A program made the translations under genes and the position numbers. The notes under the pieces were generated by a model. It was not told the origin of the DNA, made no database searches, and saw nothing but the letters and a program-made list of their open reading frames with translations. This document shows, piece after piece, positions 38,208-48,244 of a stretch of DNA of 64,000 nt (the first letter of the stretch is position 1; every line of letters begins with the position of its first letter). This DNA is from Vicinamibacterales bacterium. Its GTDB lineage: Bacteria > Acidobacteriota > Vicinamibacteria > Vicinamibacterales > 2-12-FULL-66-21. The DNA is taken from positions 65,208-129,207 of the forward strand of contig DATBJJ010000113.1 in NCBI GenBank assembly GCA_036556425.1, given 5' to 3'.

Positions 38208-38804
38208 ATGCTCACGCTCTACCCTTCTGACAAAGCCACGTTCGCGCTCGTGCTGGCGCATGGCGCCGGCGCCGGCCAGAAGAGCCCGTTCATGGTCCGC
38301 GCGGCGCAAGGCATGGCGGATCGCGGGATCTCGACGGCGACGTTCGACTTCCCCTACATCGCCGAGCGGAGGAAAGTCCCGGATCGCACGCCAGTGCTCG
38401 AACGCGCGTGGAGCGAGGCGCTCGAGGCCGCGCGCGCCGCGTTTGGCGGCCTGCCGATGTTCATCGGCGGGAAATCGATGGGCGGCCGCATCGCCTCGCA
38501 CATCGCGGCGCAAGGCGGGCACGAGCTGGCCGGGCTCGTGTTTCTCGGATATCCGCTGCATCCGCCCGGCAAACCCGAGCAGCGACGCGACGCGCACCTG
38601 CCGTCGATTGCCGAGCGCATGCTGTTCGTGCAGGGCAGCCGCGATCCGTTCGGCACGTCCGTGGAGATTGCCGCGCTGATTCCGTCGCTGCGGCACGCGA
38701 CGCTGCACGAAGTCGCCGGCGGCGATCACTCGTTCAAGGTGCCCGGGCGAAAGGGCGACGGCCTCGACGAGATCCTCGACGCCGTTGCCGCCTGGATGAA
38801 ATAA
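38208..38804 (+). CDS. alpha/beta hydrolase (dienelactone hydrolase / KANL3-Tex30-like)
   Basis: 198 aa. LAHGAGAGQKSPFM, nucleophile elbow GGKSMGGRI, and a C-terminal GGDHSF (His). Confidence 0.8.
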   Translation: MLTLYPSDKATFALVLAHGAGAGQKSPFMVRAAQGMADRGISTATFDFPYIAERRKVPDRTPVLERAWSEALEAARAAFGGLPMFIGGKSMGGRIASHIAAQGGHELAGLVFLGYPLHPPGKPEQRRDAHLPSIAERMLFVQGSRDPFGTSVEIAALIPSLRHATLHEVAGGDHSFKVPGRKGDGLDEILDAVAAWMK

Positions 38805-38820
38805 GCCGCGGCCCGCGATC

Positions 38821-38879
38821 CGCTGCTCGCTGCTCGTTCTTCGTTCGTCGGCCAGCGGCCAGCGGACCGCGGACCGCGA
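38821..38879. repeat. run of four different 7-bp units, each tandemly doubled
   Basis: (CGCTGCT)x2 CG (TTCTTCG/TTCGTCG) (GCCAGCG)x2 (GACCGCG)x2, between convergent stops at 38804 and 38887. CGCGGTCCGCGGTCCGC (reverse complement of 38862..38878) is an exact 17-nt match to part of the 24234..24303 array. Confidence 0.9.
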
Positions 38880-38886
38880 TTCTGTT

Positions 38887-39342
38887 CTATTGCGTCTTCG
38901 ACTTCTTCGCGTGGCGGTCCTGCGCCACCTCGAGCGATCTGAGCTTCGCCAGCGGCGCTTCGTCCTTCGCCATCTTCACCAGCTTCGCGTAGTGATCGTG
39001 GAGGACCTGCAGCTCCTCCTCGGTGAGATCCTCGCAGTCGATCAGCCGGTTGTTCGCGCCCTCGATCGCCGCGACGAGCTCGTTCAACTTGAGCTGAAGC
39101 GCAAGCGAGTCCTTGTTCTGCGTGCGCTGAATCAGGAACACCATCAGGAACGTGACGATCGTCGTGCCCGTGTTGATCACCAACTGCCACGTGTTCGAGT
39201 AGTCGAAGATCGGGCCGGTGACGGCCCACACGATGATCACGCTGCAGGCCAAGGCAAACGCCGTCGTGCTGCCCGACCATCGCGTGACCACAGTCGAGAA
39301 CCGTTCGAGCACATTGACGTTCCGCGACGCGCTTCGCCCCAT
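38887..39342 (-). CDS. low-affinity iron permease family protein
   Basis: 151-aa product from ATG at 39342: ...VTRWSGSTTAFALACSVIIVWAVTGPIFDYSNTWQLVINTGTTIVTFLMVFLIQRTQNKD..., the characteristic Iron_permease family core. The 700-aa track ORF extension is antisense to pepF. Confidence 0.85.
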   Translation of the reverse strand: MGRSASRNVNVLERFSTVVTRWSGSTTAFALACSVIIVWAVTGPIFDYSNTWQLVINTGTTIVTFLMVFLIQRTQNKDSLALQLKLNELVAAIEGANNRLIDCEDLTEEELQVLHDHYAKLVKMAKDEAPLAKLRSLEVAQDRHAKKSKTQ

Positions 39343-39390
39343 GTGGAGAGCCCCCTTCCACGATGAATAGCGCCGCCGTATAGTGATCGG

Positions 39391-41268
39391 ATGGGATTTG
39401 CGACGTTCTTCGGTCCATCCGATCTGGCCGCGGCCGAGCCGCCGACGACGCGCAGCCGGCGCCGCGAGGAGATCGCCGACCGCTACAAGTGGAATCTTAG
39501 CGACATCTTCCCCGATTGGGACGCCTGGGAAACGGGCTACAAGCGGCTCGAGGGCGGCATCGAGAAGTACGCCGCGCTGAAGGGCACGCTCGCGCAAGGA
39601 CCGGATCGGCTGCTCGAAGCCTTCCGCCTCTCGGAAGAGTTGGGGCAGCTCGCGTACCGCGTCTGGTACTTTCCGTCGCTGCGCTACGACGAGGATCAGC
39701 GCGACAACGCGGTGAACGCGAAGCGCCAGCAGGTGCAGATTCTCTTCGCGCGCTGGAAGCAGGCGGAGTCCTGGTTCAATCCGGAGCTGCTCGAGATTCC
39801 GATCGAGACCGTGCGCGAGTGGATGGACCGCTCCGAGCCGCTGCGGCTCTATCGCTTCGCGATCGAGGATCTCTACCGGCAGCAGGAGCACGTGCTGGAC
39901 GAGGCGGGCGAGCGCCTGATGTCGCTGTCGAGCCGCTTGTCGTCGGCGCCGAACGACGCGTACTGGGCGCTCTCGACCGCCGACGCGACGTTTCCAACCA
40001 TCACGCTGTCGACCGGCGAGGGCGTCACCGTCACCTACGGTCAATATCGAGCGATCCTCGCGACGAAGCGCAATCAGGCGGATCGCGCGGCGGCATTCCG
40101 CGCGCTGCACGAGACGTATCAGAAGACGCTGAACACGTACGCGACGCTCTACAACGGCGTCTGTCAGCGCGACTGGTTCCAGGCGCGCGCGCGCGGCTAC
40201 AAGACGACCCTCGACGCCGCGCTGCATGGCGACAACATCCCCACGTCCGTCGTCGAGAACTTGATCGAGACGACGCGCGCGGGCGTCGGGCCGCTGCGCC
40301 GCTACCATCGGCTGCGGCGGCGCGCGCTCGGCGTGCCCTCGTACCACGTCTACGACTACTCGATTCCGCTCGTGACGTTCGACAAGAAGTACGAGTACGA
40401 CCGCGTGCTCGACTGGATCGTCGAATCGGCCGCGCCGCTCGGGGCCGAATATCAATCGCGCATGCGCGAAGGGTTCGCCGGCGGATGGATCGACGTGTAC
40501 GAGAACGACGGCAAGCGATCCGGCGCGTACTCGGCGCCGGTGTACGGCACGCATCCGTACATGCTCATGAACTACAACGACACGCTCGACGACATGTTCA
40601 CGCTCGCGCACGAGATGGGGCACTCGATGCACACCATCCTGTCGCACGAGACGCAGCCGTTCGTGTACTCGAACTACACGATCTTCGTCGCCGAGGTCCC
40701 GTCGACGCTGAGCGAAGCGCTGCTCCTCGAATACCTGCTCGCCCGCTCCACCGATCCCGCCGAGCGCGTCGTCCTGCTGCAGCACGCGATCGACAACATC
40801 GCGGGGACGTTCTACACGCAGGTGCTGTTCGCCGATTACGAGCTGCGCGCGCACCGCCTGGCTGAGCGCGATCAGCCGATCACCGCGGAGATTCTCACCG
40901 AGGCGTATCGAGGGCTCCTCGTCGACTACTACGGCGACGCGCTCGACCTCAACGATCAGACCGGGATCACGTGGTCGCGGATCCCGCACTTCTTCAACTC
41001 GCCGTACTACGTGTATCAGTACGCGACGTGCTTCGCGTCGGCGGCGCGGCTCGCGCAGGAAATAATGGAGGGATCGGAGACTGCGCGCGGCGAGGCGCGC
41101 GATCGATTCCTGACGCTACTCCGCTCGGGCGGCAACGACTATCCGATGGAGCAGTTGAAGAAAGCGGGGGTCGATCTCAGCCGGCCCGATACCGTGAACG
41201 CGATCGTCAATCAGCTCGACGATCTCGTGACGAGGCTCGAGAAGGAGCTGGCGACGCTCACGGCTTGA
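39391..41268 (+). CDS. pepF: oligoendopeptidase F (M3B metallopeptidase)
   Basis: 625 aa. Zinc motif HEMGHSMH plus the downstream E (FVAEVPST). PepF-like N-terminus (RYKWNLSDIFPDWDAWE). Confidence 0.92.
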   Translation: MGFATFFGPSDLAAAEPPTTRSRRREEIADRYKWNLSDIFPDWDAWETGYKRLEGGIEKYAALKGTLAQGPDRLLEAFRLSEELGQLAYRVWYFPSLRYDEDQRDNAVNAKRQQVQILFARWKQAESWFNPELLEIPIETVREWMDRSEPLRLYRFAIEDLYRQQEHVLDEAGERLMSLSSRLSSAPNDAYWALSTADATFPTITLSTGEGVTVTYGQYRAILATKRNQADRAAAFRALHETYQKTLNTYATLYNGVCQRDWFQARARGYKTTLDAALHGDNIPTSVVENLIETTRAGVGPLRRYHRLRRRALGVPSYHVYDYSIPLVTFDKKYEYDRVLDWIVESAAPLGAEYQSRMREGFAGGWIDVYENDGKRSGAYSAPVYGTHPYMLMNYNDTLDDMFTLAHEMGHSMHTILSHETQPFVYSNYTIFVAEVPSTLSEALLLEYLLARSTDPAERVVLLQHAIDNIAGTFYTQVLFADYELRAHRLAERDQPITAEILTEAYRGLLVDYYGDALDLNDQTGITWSRIPHFFNSPYYVYQYATCFASAARLAQEIMEGSETARGEARDRFLTLLRSGGNDYPMEQLKKAGVDLSRPDTVNAIVNQLDDLVTRLEKELATLTA

Positions 41269-41842
41269 TCGTGACGCCGGTGATCGTGATGGGCTCGACG
41301 GGATTCTCGGCGCGCGTCGGCACTTCCGCGATTTTGTCGGCCACTTCCATCCCGCTGAGCACGCGGCCGAAGACGGCGTAGCCGAAGTCGTCGGGCGAGT
41401 AGCCGCGATGATCGAGCGACGAGTTGTCGGCGACGTTGATGTAGAACTGCGACGTCGCGCTGCGCAGCACGCGCGTGCGTGCCATCGCTATCGTGCCTCG
41501 GACATTTCGCAAACCGTTCGTCGCCTCGTTCTGAATCGGCTCGTGAGTCGGCTTCTCTTTCATGCCCGCGCTGTAGCCGCCGCCCTGGACGACGAAGTTG
41601 CGCACGACGCGGTGGAAGATCGTGCCGGAATAGAAACCTTCCGCCGCGTATCGAAGAAAATTCTCGACCGACACGGGCGCCCTGTCCTTGAACAGCTCCA
41701 CCTGAATGTCCCCCATCGTTGTCGAAATGACGGCGACGGGGTTGCCGGGCGCCGGCGCGAGCGCCGCCGGCTGTTGAGGCGCGGCGGCGGTTTGCGCTGG
41801 CGGGGGTCCTGCAAGAACGACCAGGAATACGAAGGTCACCAT
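41258..41842 (-). CDS. cyclophilin-type peptidyl-prolyl isomerase, secreted
   Basis: ATG at 41842. Signal peptide, then MGDIQVELFKDRAPVSVENFLRY...GTIFHRVVRNFVVQGGG...SQFYINV...FGRV. Confidence 0.9.
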   Translation of the reverse strand: MVTFVFLVVLAGPPPAQTAAAPQQPAALAPAPGNPVAVISTTMGDIQVELFKDRAPVSVENFLRYAAEGFYSGTIFHRVVRNFVVQGGGYSAGMKEKPTHEPIQNEATNGLRNVRGTIAMARTRVLRSATSQFYINVADNSSLDHRGYSPDDFGYAVFGRVLSGMEVADKIAEVPTRAENPVEPITITGVTIKP

Positions 41843-42206
41843 GGCTCGACATTGTATCGGCAGGGCGGCGCGCCGACCGACCGCTCCCGCAAATCGTGGG
41901 ACGCCGCCGTTGCGAAGTGGCAGTCCGCGCGTCCGGACTGCGGATTGCACGGGGCCGGCTACCGGCTGCCGATCGGTCGAGTTATGGGCCTCTTCGACGG
42001 GATGAATCCGAACAGGCGTAGCATGCGATTCAATTCGATGGATCCCGCGGAAACGCGCGCGCGAACGCGCGTCAACGCCGCTATCCCTGAGCTACAATGG
42101 CATTCAGGGCACGTCTCCGGCGAGAGGTCGCATCCGTGCGCGGGCGCGTGCGGGTGCACGGGCCAGCGATCGTCGTTCGCGCGCAAATCGCGCGGGGAGA
42201 TACGCG

Positions 42207-42551
42207 ATGGCGACAGAACTCGAGAACGAGCAACGGGAGCTGGCAGATTACATCCGCGCCGGTTCGGCGCGTGGGCACCAGTGTTTCGGGAGCTACTTCG
42301 ACGAGAAGGGCGGCTCCTGCGCACTCGGCGCCGTCTACGAAGGGGTCTATCATCTGCCGCGCACGCACGGCAAGTTGATCCCCGATCACCTCGAGCGATT
42401 GTTCCGATGTCTCGACGAGGTGACGAAAGCGTGTCCGCAAGGCTGCAAGAAGCGGCTGCCGCTCGCGTCGATGATCGTGCATCTCAACGACGACCATCGA
42501 ATGACGCGCGAGCAGATCGCCGAGTGGCTCACGCAGGAATCAAACGCCTAG
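42207..42551 (+). CDS. small Cys-containing hypothetical protein (114 aa)
   Basis: ATG with GGGGAGA upstream and coding-like GC3 bias. Five Cys, C-terminal MIVHLNDDHRMTREQIAEWL. No domain recognised. Confidence 0.55.
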   Translation: MATELENEQRELADYIRAGSARGHQCFGSYFDEKGGSCALGAVYEGVYHLPRTHGKLIPDHLERLFRCLDEVTKACPQGCKKRLPLASMIVHLNDDHRMTREQIAEWLTQESNA

Positions 42552-42682
42552 CAGCATCCGAGATTCGTGAACGCGGCCGCCTCTCGGCGCCGCTTGTTTC
42601 GGCGCCGAGTCCCCGGGCGATCGCGCGGTTTTCCACCGCCTTCCCGGCGATGCAAGCGCGTGCTTGACGTAAGGCTCCCCTC

Positions 42683-45625
42683 ATGTCTTTCCTGGATCGT
42701 TTCAAGCCGCAACCCAAATATCGCAACCCGGACCCGGCGATCCGCCTCGCCGGTGTGGCGGAGTTGCCGGACGACGCCGAGCACTGGGGCGTGATCGCGG
42801 AGCTGGCCGCATCGGACGAAGACGTTCGCGTGCGGCGCGCGGCGATCGCGCGGATCAGCGTTCCCGGCTATCTCGCGCGGCTCGCGCGCACGGAGCGCGA
42901 CGAGGCGCTGCGCCGCGAGCTTGGCGACAAGCTGGTCGCGGTCGCCGTCGCGCCGGCCGACAACGACGCCGATGCCGCCGCCGCGCTCGATGGCGTCAGC
43001 GATCAGAAGCACTTCAGCACGATCGCGAAGTCGTCGCCGCACGAATCGGTACGGACGGCGGCGCTCGGCAGGACGACCGACCCAAAGCTCGTCGCGAGCG
43101 TCGCGCGCCACGCCGAAGATCCGCGCATCGCGCTCGCGGCGGCTGCGCGCGTCACCGATCCGGGGGAACTCTTGGCGGTCGCGACGAAGACCGATCACAA
43201 AGACGCGGGAATCAGCGCACTCGATCGCGCGATCGACGCGACGCCCGAGGCATCGAGGCGCGAGCTGCTCGACGGCATCGCGACGCGCGCGAAGAACAAG
43301 GCGGTCGCGAAGCGCGCGCGTACGTTGATTCAGGAGATGGACGACGCGGAGGCCGCGCGGAAGGCGGCGCACGAGGAGTGGCGGAAGCGCGCGGCGCTCG
43401 TGTTGGCGAGAGTCGAAGCCGTGGCCGCGACGCCGAACGCGGCCGGCGCGGCGGAGCAACTGGCGGATCTCGAGGCGCAGTGGAGCGAGCTCGCCGGCTC
43501 GTCGGATCAAGAGACCGCCGACCGCTTCCAAGCGAAGCGGTCCGAGGCGCGCGGCGCGATCGAAGCCCACGCTCGCGCGGAAGCGGAGCGCGCGGCGGAC
43601 GAGGAGCGCGCGGCGGCCCGCCGCGCGGCGTTCGCGGCGATCTGCGAGCACGTCGAGTCGCTGCGCGGCGACGACACGCCGGACGAATTGGAAAAGGCAC
43701 GCGCCGAATGGGAAGGCATGCCCAGCGCATCCGCGCAAGAGCGCAACGACGCGGAGCTGCGGCGGCGCTTCGACGAGGCCTGCCGGCGCGCGATCGAGCG
43801 CCACGAGAATCGTCGAGAGATCGAGCGCGTGCGCGCCCGCCTCGCGGAGGTCGCGCTCGAGGCCGAACGCTTGTCGACGGCAGCCGATCACGACACCCCC
43901 GAGGCGCACGCGGCGTTCCGCACGGCCGCCGCTGAATGGCATTCGCTCGCCGAGCGGACGGATCTCGGAGAGATCGATCCCGACGTCGCCGCCCGCTTTG
44001 CCGAAGCCGACGCGCGCGTGAGGCAGCGCGCGGAAGAGAAGCGCGCCGCGGCCGAGCGAACGTTGAAGCAGCAGGTGCTGCGCGTCGAGCAGCTGCTCGA
44101 GCGCGTGACGGCGCGCGCGGCGGCCGAGGACCTCACGCTGCGCGAAGCGGACCGCAGCGTGCGCGATCTCAAGTCCGCGATCGATGCGCCGCCGGCGGTG
44201 CCCCCGCGCGAGCAGCACGCGCTCGTCGAGCGGCTGAAAGCGGCAATGACGCTGATGGCGCCGCGGCTCCACGAGCTGCGCGAGATGGACGAGTGGAAGC
44301 GGTTCGCCAACGCCGCCGTCCAGGAAGAGTTGATCGCGAAGGCGGAGGGGCTGCACGCCAAATACAACATCGGCAGCACCGACGAGTCGAAGCCCGAGGA
44401 CGTCGAGAAGGCCGCCCGGGACCTGCACGAGATTCAGGAGCGCTGGAAGCAGGTCGCGGAAGCGCCGCGCGCGCAAGCGCAGGCGCTATGGCATCGCTAT
44501 CGCCAGGCCGCGGATCCGATTCAGGCGAAGGCGCGCGAGTTCTTCGCGCACCGCGCCGAGGAGCGCGGCGCGAATCTCCAGCTCAAGCTCGCGCTCGTCG
44601 AGCGCGCCGAAGCGCTCGCGGACTCGACGGACTGGATCAAGACCGCCGACGAGCTCAAGAAACTGCAGGCCGAGTGGCAGCAGATCGGTCCGATTCCACG
44701 GCAGGACACGAAGGCGACGTGGAAGCGATTCCGCGACGCGTGCGACAAGTTCTTCACGCGGCGGAACGCGGACCTCAGCGAGCGCAAGGAAACGTGGGCC
44801 GCGAACCTCGCAAAGAAAGACGCGCTGTGCGTCCGCGCGGAGGCGCTCGCCGCGTCGCGCGAGTGGGAACGGGCGGCCGCGGAAATCCGGCGCCTTCAGG
44901 CCGACTGGAAGATGATCGGCCCCGTGCGCCGGAGCAAATCCGAAGCGATCTGGAATCGATTCCGCGCCGCGTGCGATGCGTTCTTCGAGCGCTACAAGCG
45001 CCGCGACGAGATCGAGGTGGAAGCCAAGCAGGCGGATCGCGAAGCACTCGTCACCGAGCTCGAGGGACTGGCGCCGCAGCCGTCCGAAGACGGCACGGTG
45101 CCCGTCGCCGCTCCGGATCTCCTCGAGCGCGTGCGTTCGCTGCGCAGCCGATGGAATCAGACGACGCCGGTCGTCCGTCAGGGCGCCGATCCGTTGAGCG
45201 CGCGGTTCGTCGACGCGTTGGAGCGCCTGATGGCGACCAATCCCGACGCCTTCAAGGGAACGGAGCTCGACTCGGAAGCCAGCCGGCAGAAGATGGAGAA
45301 GCTCTGCGCGCGCGTCGAAGGCTTCCTCGCCGAGAGCGCGCCGGCGCCCACCGGCTCGCAGGCACTCGCCGACATGCTGCGCGAAGCGCTCGCAACGAAT
45401 ACGATCGGCGGCCGCGCGGGCGAAGAATCCAAGTGGCGCGCGATGGCCGACGACGTGCGGCAGGCGCAGGCGTCGTGGAGCCGTCTCGGCCCGGTGCCGG
45501 GAGACGCCGGGCGCCAGCTCACGGAGCGATTCCACCGCGCGTGCAACAAGTTCTTCGAGCTGTATCGTCGAAAGATGCCGGCGCAGCAGCAGCAGCGCGG
45601 CGGCCGTCCCGTCGGCGCACGCTAG
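42683..45625 (+). CDS. DUF349 repeat protein with N-terminal HEAT-like repeats
   Basis: 980 aa. Repeated modules of about 75 aa with W..F......F (e.g. ATWKRFRDACDKFFTRR, AIWNRFRAACDAFFERY, QLTERFHRACNKFFELY) and ...L...W..IGP.P. Confidence 0.85.
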   Translation: MSFLDRFKPQPKYRNPDPAIRLAGVAELPDDAEHWGVIAELAASDEDVRVRRAAIARISVPGYLARLARTERDEALRRELGDKLVAVAVAPADNDADAAAALDGVSDQKHFSTIAKSSPHESVRTAALGRTTDPKLVASVARHAEDPRIALAAAARVTDPGELLAVATKTDHKDAGISALDRAIDATPEASRRELLDGIATRAKNKAVAKRARTLIQEMDDAEAARKAAHEEWRKRAALVLARVEAVAATPNAAGAAEQLADLEAQWSELAGSSDQETADRFQAKRSEARGAIEAHARAEAERAADEERAAARRAAFAAICEHVESLRGDDTPDELEKARAEWEGMPSASAQERNDAELRRRFDEACRRAIERHENRREIERVRARLAEVALEAERLSTAADHDTPEAHAAFRTAAAEWHSLAERTDLGEIDPDVAARFAEADARVRQRAEEKRAAAERTLKQQVLRVEQLLERVTARAAAEDLTLREADRSVRDLKSAIDAPPAVPPREQHALVERLKAAMTLMAPRLHELREMDEWKRFANAAVQEELIAKAEGLHAKYNIGSTDESKPEDVEKAARDLHEIQERWKQVAEAPRAQAQALWHRYRQAADPIQAKAREFFAHRAEERGANLQLKLALVERAEALADSTDWIKTADELKKLQAEWQQIGPIPRQDTKATWKRFRDACDKFFTRRNADLSERKETWAANLAKKDALCVRAEALAASREWERAAAEIRRLQADWKMIGPVRRSKSEAIWNRFRAACDAFFERYKRRDEIEVEAKQADREALVTELEGLAPQPSEDGTVPVAAPDLLERVRSLRSRWNQTTPVVRQGADPLSARFVDALERLMATNPDAFKGTELDSEASRQKMEKLCARVEGFLAESAPAPTGSQALADMLREALATNTIGGRAGEESKWRAMADDVRQAQASWSRLGPVPGDAGRQLTERFHRACNKFFELYRRKMPAQQQQRGGRPVGAR

Positions 45626-47349
45626 TTCAGCTTGTGTCGCACCTTGCCGCCGACAATCGTGTACGCCACGCGTGTGTTCGGGATCTCGGCGTCGGGAATC
45701 GTCAGGATGTCCTTCGACAACACGACGATGTCCGCGTACTTGCCCGGTTTGAGCGAGCCCTTGCTCGATTCCTCGAACGCGGCAAACGCGCCGTTGATCG
45801 TGTAGGAGCGCAGCGCCTCGATCCGGCTCATGCGCTGATCCGCGTAGAACACCTTCCCGTCGGCCGTCCTTCGAGTCACCGTGGCGTAGTAGCTCGCGAG
45901 CGGATCGACGTCCTCGACCGGAGCGTCCGTGCCGTTCGTGACGACGGCGCCTGACTTCATCAACTTCTGCCAGACGTAGGCGCCTTCTTCGGCGCGTTTC
46001 GGTCCGAGGCGCGCGGGAACGTACGGCGCATCGGACGTGCAGTGGATCCCCTGCATCGACGCGATCACGCCAAGCTGGCCGAACCTCGGGATGTCTGACG
46101 GATGGAGGTGCTGGGCGTGCTCGACGCGCCAGCGAACGTCCTTCTTGTCAGGGTTCGCCTTGAACGCTTCCTCGAAGATGTTCAGCGTCTCGCGGTTCGC
46201 GCGATCGCCGATCGCGTGCACGCAGAGCTGATAGCCGTGCTGCATCGCGAGCCGCGCGGTCTCGCGGATCTCGTCGACCGGCGTCGTGTTGCGTCCCGTG
46301 TCGTCCGGCTTGTCCGAGTAGGGCTCGAGGAGCCACGCGCCGCGCGAGCCGAGCGCGCCGTCGATCGATCTCTTGATCGCGCGAACCGTGAGGAAGCCGT
46401 TGCCGTAATCGATCGTCTTGTACTTCGCCATGTTCGCGGCAAGCGCGTCGTTCGGCACGCGGAGCATGATCCACAAGCGGATGTTCATCCGCCCCTGATC
46501 GATCATCTTCTTCGCCAGATCGACGTCGGCGAACGATGACCCCGCGTCTTGAAACGACGTCACGCCTTTCGAGAGCGATTCGGCGGCGGCGAGCTCGAGG
46601 ATCTTCTCCGCGCGCGCGGCGTTTTCCGCCGGCGTGCGCGGCGGCTCTCCCGTTCCCGAACGAATCAACCGCGATGCGGTTTCGCGGAAGAGTCCGGTCG
46701 GACGGCCGTTCGCGTCCTTGAGAAAGTCCCCGCCGGGAGGATTCGGCGTCGCGCCGGTGACGCCCGACAGCTCCATCGCTTTCGCGTTCGCGAACGTCGC
46801 GTGGCCGCTCGCGTGCGTCAACAGCACGGGATTGTTCGGCGAGGCTCTGCTCAACGCCTCGTGGACGGGGAAGCCCTCGACGTTTGGCTGCGGTCTGGAC
46901 GTCCACTTCTCCTGGTGCCACCCGCGCCCGTAAATCCATTGACCGGGCTTCGCCTTCTTCGCGGCCTCTTCCACCATCGCCACGATCTGGTCCCACGACC
47001 GCGCGGTCATCAGCTTGAGGTTCAACTCCGCCTGGCCGACGCCCGTGAAATGTCCGTGGCTCTCGATGAATCCGGGGATCGCGAGCTGCCCTCTCAAGTC
47101 GATCACCTCGGTCGACGGACCGATGTATCGCTTGATCTCCGCCGACGTGCCGACGGCCGCGATGCGATCGCCGCTGACGGCGATGGCCTGCGCTTCCGCC
47201 GGCGCCGTCTCGAGCGTGACGATCTTTCCGTTCGTGAGCACCAGCGTCGCCGGCGCGGGCGCGGCGGGCTGCTGCGATCGCGCGGCAAGCGCGGTCAGTC
47301 CGGCGGCCGACAGCAGCAACACGATCGCGACGAGCGCCTTCTTAGACAT
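45622..47349 (-). CDS. secreted amidohydrolase (Amidohydro_3-type TIM-barrel metallohydrolase)
   Basis: Signal peptide. IPGFIESHGHF (HxH metal motif), CVHAIGDRA, and GTDAPVEDVDP near the C-terminus. 8-nt overlap with the upstream gene. Confidence 0.85.
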   Translation of the reverse strand: MSKKALVAIVLLLSAAGLTALAARSQQPAAPAPATLVLTNGKIVTLETAPAEAQAIAVSGDRIAAVGTSAEIKRYIGPSTEVIDLRGQLAIPGFIESHGHFTGVGQAELNLKLMTARSWDQIVAMVEEAAKKAKPGQWIYGRGWHQEKWTSRPQPNVEGFPVHEALSRASPNNPVLLTHASGHATFANAKAMELSGVTGATPNPPGGDFLKDANGRPTGLFRETASRLIRSGTGEPPRTPAENAARAEKILELAAAESLSKGVTSFQDAGSSFADVDLAKKMIDQGRMNIRLWIMLRVPNDALAANMAKYKTIDYGNGFLTVRAIKRSIDGALGSRGAWLLEPYSDKPDDTGRNTTPVDEIRETARLAMQHGYQLCVHAIGDRANRETLNIFEEAFKANPDKKDVRWRVEHAQHLHPSDIPRFGQLGVIASMQGIHCTSDAPYVPARLGPKRAEEGAYVWQKLMKSGAVVTNGTDAPVEDVDPLASYYATVTRRTADGKVFYADQRMSRIEALRSYTINGAFAAFEESSKGSLKPGKYADIVVLSKDILTIPDAEIPNTRVAYTIVGGKVRHKLN

Positions 47350-48244
47350 GCGGGAACATCCTCTCGAAATTTCCGCCGAAGATCTTCGCGCGATCCGCGT
47401 CGCTCACGCCGGCCGCCTCAGTCGCGCGCAGCTGCGCGTCGTAGAGCGGGCGCTGCCAGCCGCGCGGGAAGAACGACGAGTCGGTGCCGAAGATCAGTCG
47501 ATCCGGTCCGGCGACGCCGAGCGCTTGCGTGAAGACGGCCTCGAGCGTCAGGCCAGGATAGTACTTCATCCAACTGTTCGAGCTCGACGTGTCCAGGTGG
47601 ACGTTCGGGCTCTGATCTGCCGCCATCAGGGCCTCGCGAAAAAAGCCCGCGCCGAAATGCGGAACGATCACCGGCACCGCCGGGTACTGCTGCGCGATCG
47701 CGGAAACCGCGAGCGGATCGCCGAGCCGGAGATCGAACGGCGATGGCAAGCCGAGCTTCTTACGCACGCCGACCGACAACACGCCGCAATGCACGAACAC
47801 GGCGGCGCCATGGCTCGCCGCTGCCTCGAACACCTTCCGCACCCCCTCGTCGTCCAAGCGGTACCGGTGCATCGCCGGAAACAGCGCGACGCCGCGAAAT
47901 CGATACTCCGACAGCGCGCGAGAAAGGCGCTCCGCGGCGTCCGGCGCGACCGGATTGAACATGAAGAACCCGACGAAGTTGCGCGGATGCGCGGCAACCG
48001 CGGCGGCGACGGACTCTTCGTCGCCCGGGATGCTCGCGATCAGCGCGCAGCGGCTGACGCCGTTGCGCGCAAGCTCCTTGGTCCATCGATCGGCGAGCGC
48101 TTGCGGTGTGCCGGGAGCCTCCCACCCGAGAAGCGCCGCGGCGGCGGCCGCTCTATCGTCCGCCGGCAGATCGCGGCGATCTTTCGTCAGCAGCTCGAGG
48201 AAGCGCGTGGAGAAGAAGTGGCAGTGAGCGTCGCAAATGGTCAT
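47342..48244 (-). CDS. amidohydrolase-2 (ACMSD-like) family metallohydrolase
   Basis: MTICDAHCHFF (HxH), ...VFVHCG..., ...IFGTDSSFFPRGW. The ATG at 48244 overlaps the RR stop (TGATG); a TTG at 48247 is an alternative start. Confidence 0.8.
   Translation of the reverse strand: MTICDAHCHFFSTRFLELLTKDRRDLPADDRAAAAAALLGWEAPGTPQALADRWTKELARNGVSRCALIASIPGDEESVAAAVAAHPRNFVGFFMFNPVAPDAAERLSRALSEYRFRGVALFPAMHRYRLDDEGVRKVFEAAASHGAAVFVHCGVLSVGVRKKLGLPSPFDLRLGDPLAVSAIAQQYPAVPVIVPHFGAGFFREALMAADQSPNVHLDTSSSNSWMKYYPGLTLEAVFTQALGVAGPDRLIFGTDSSFFPRGWQRPLYDAQLRATEAAGVSDADRAKIFGGNFERMFPHV

Noticed and set aside
39343-40989. Upstream 550 aa of the 700-aa minus-strand ORF 38887..40989
   Set aside because: It is antisense to pepF (HEMGH motif on the plus strand). 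Only the last 151 codons match the low-affinity iron permease family.
42548-44476. 642-aa minus-strand ORF opposite the DUF349 gene; also 43936..45954 (+, 672 aa) and 44486..45535 (-)
   Set aside because: These are off-frame or antisense shadows of the DUF349 repeat protein. Their translations are low-complexity Arg/Ala/Gly sequence.
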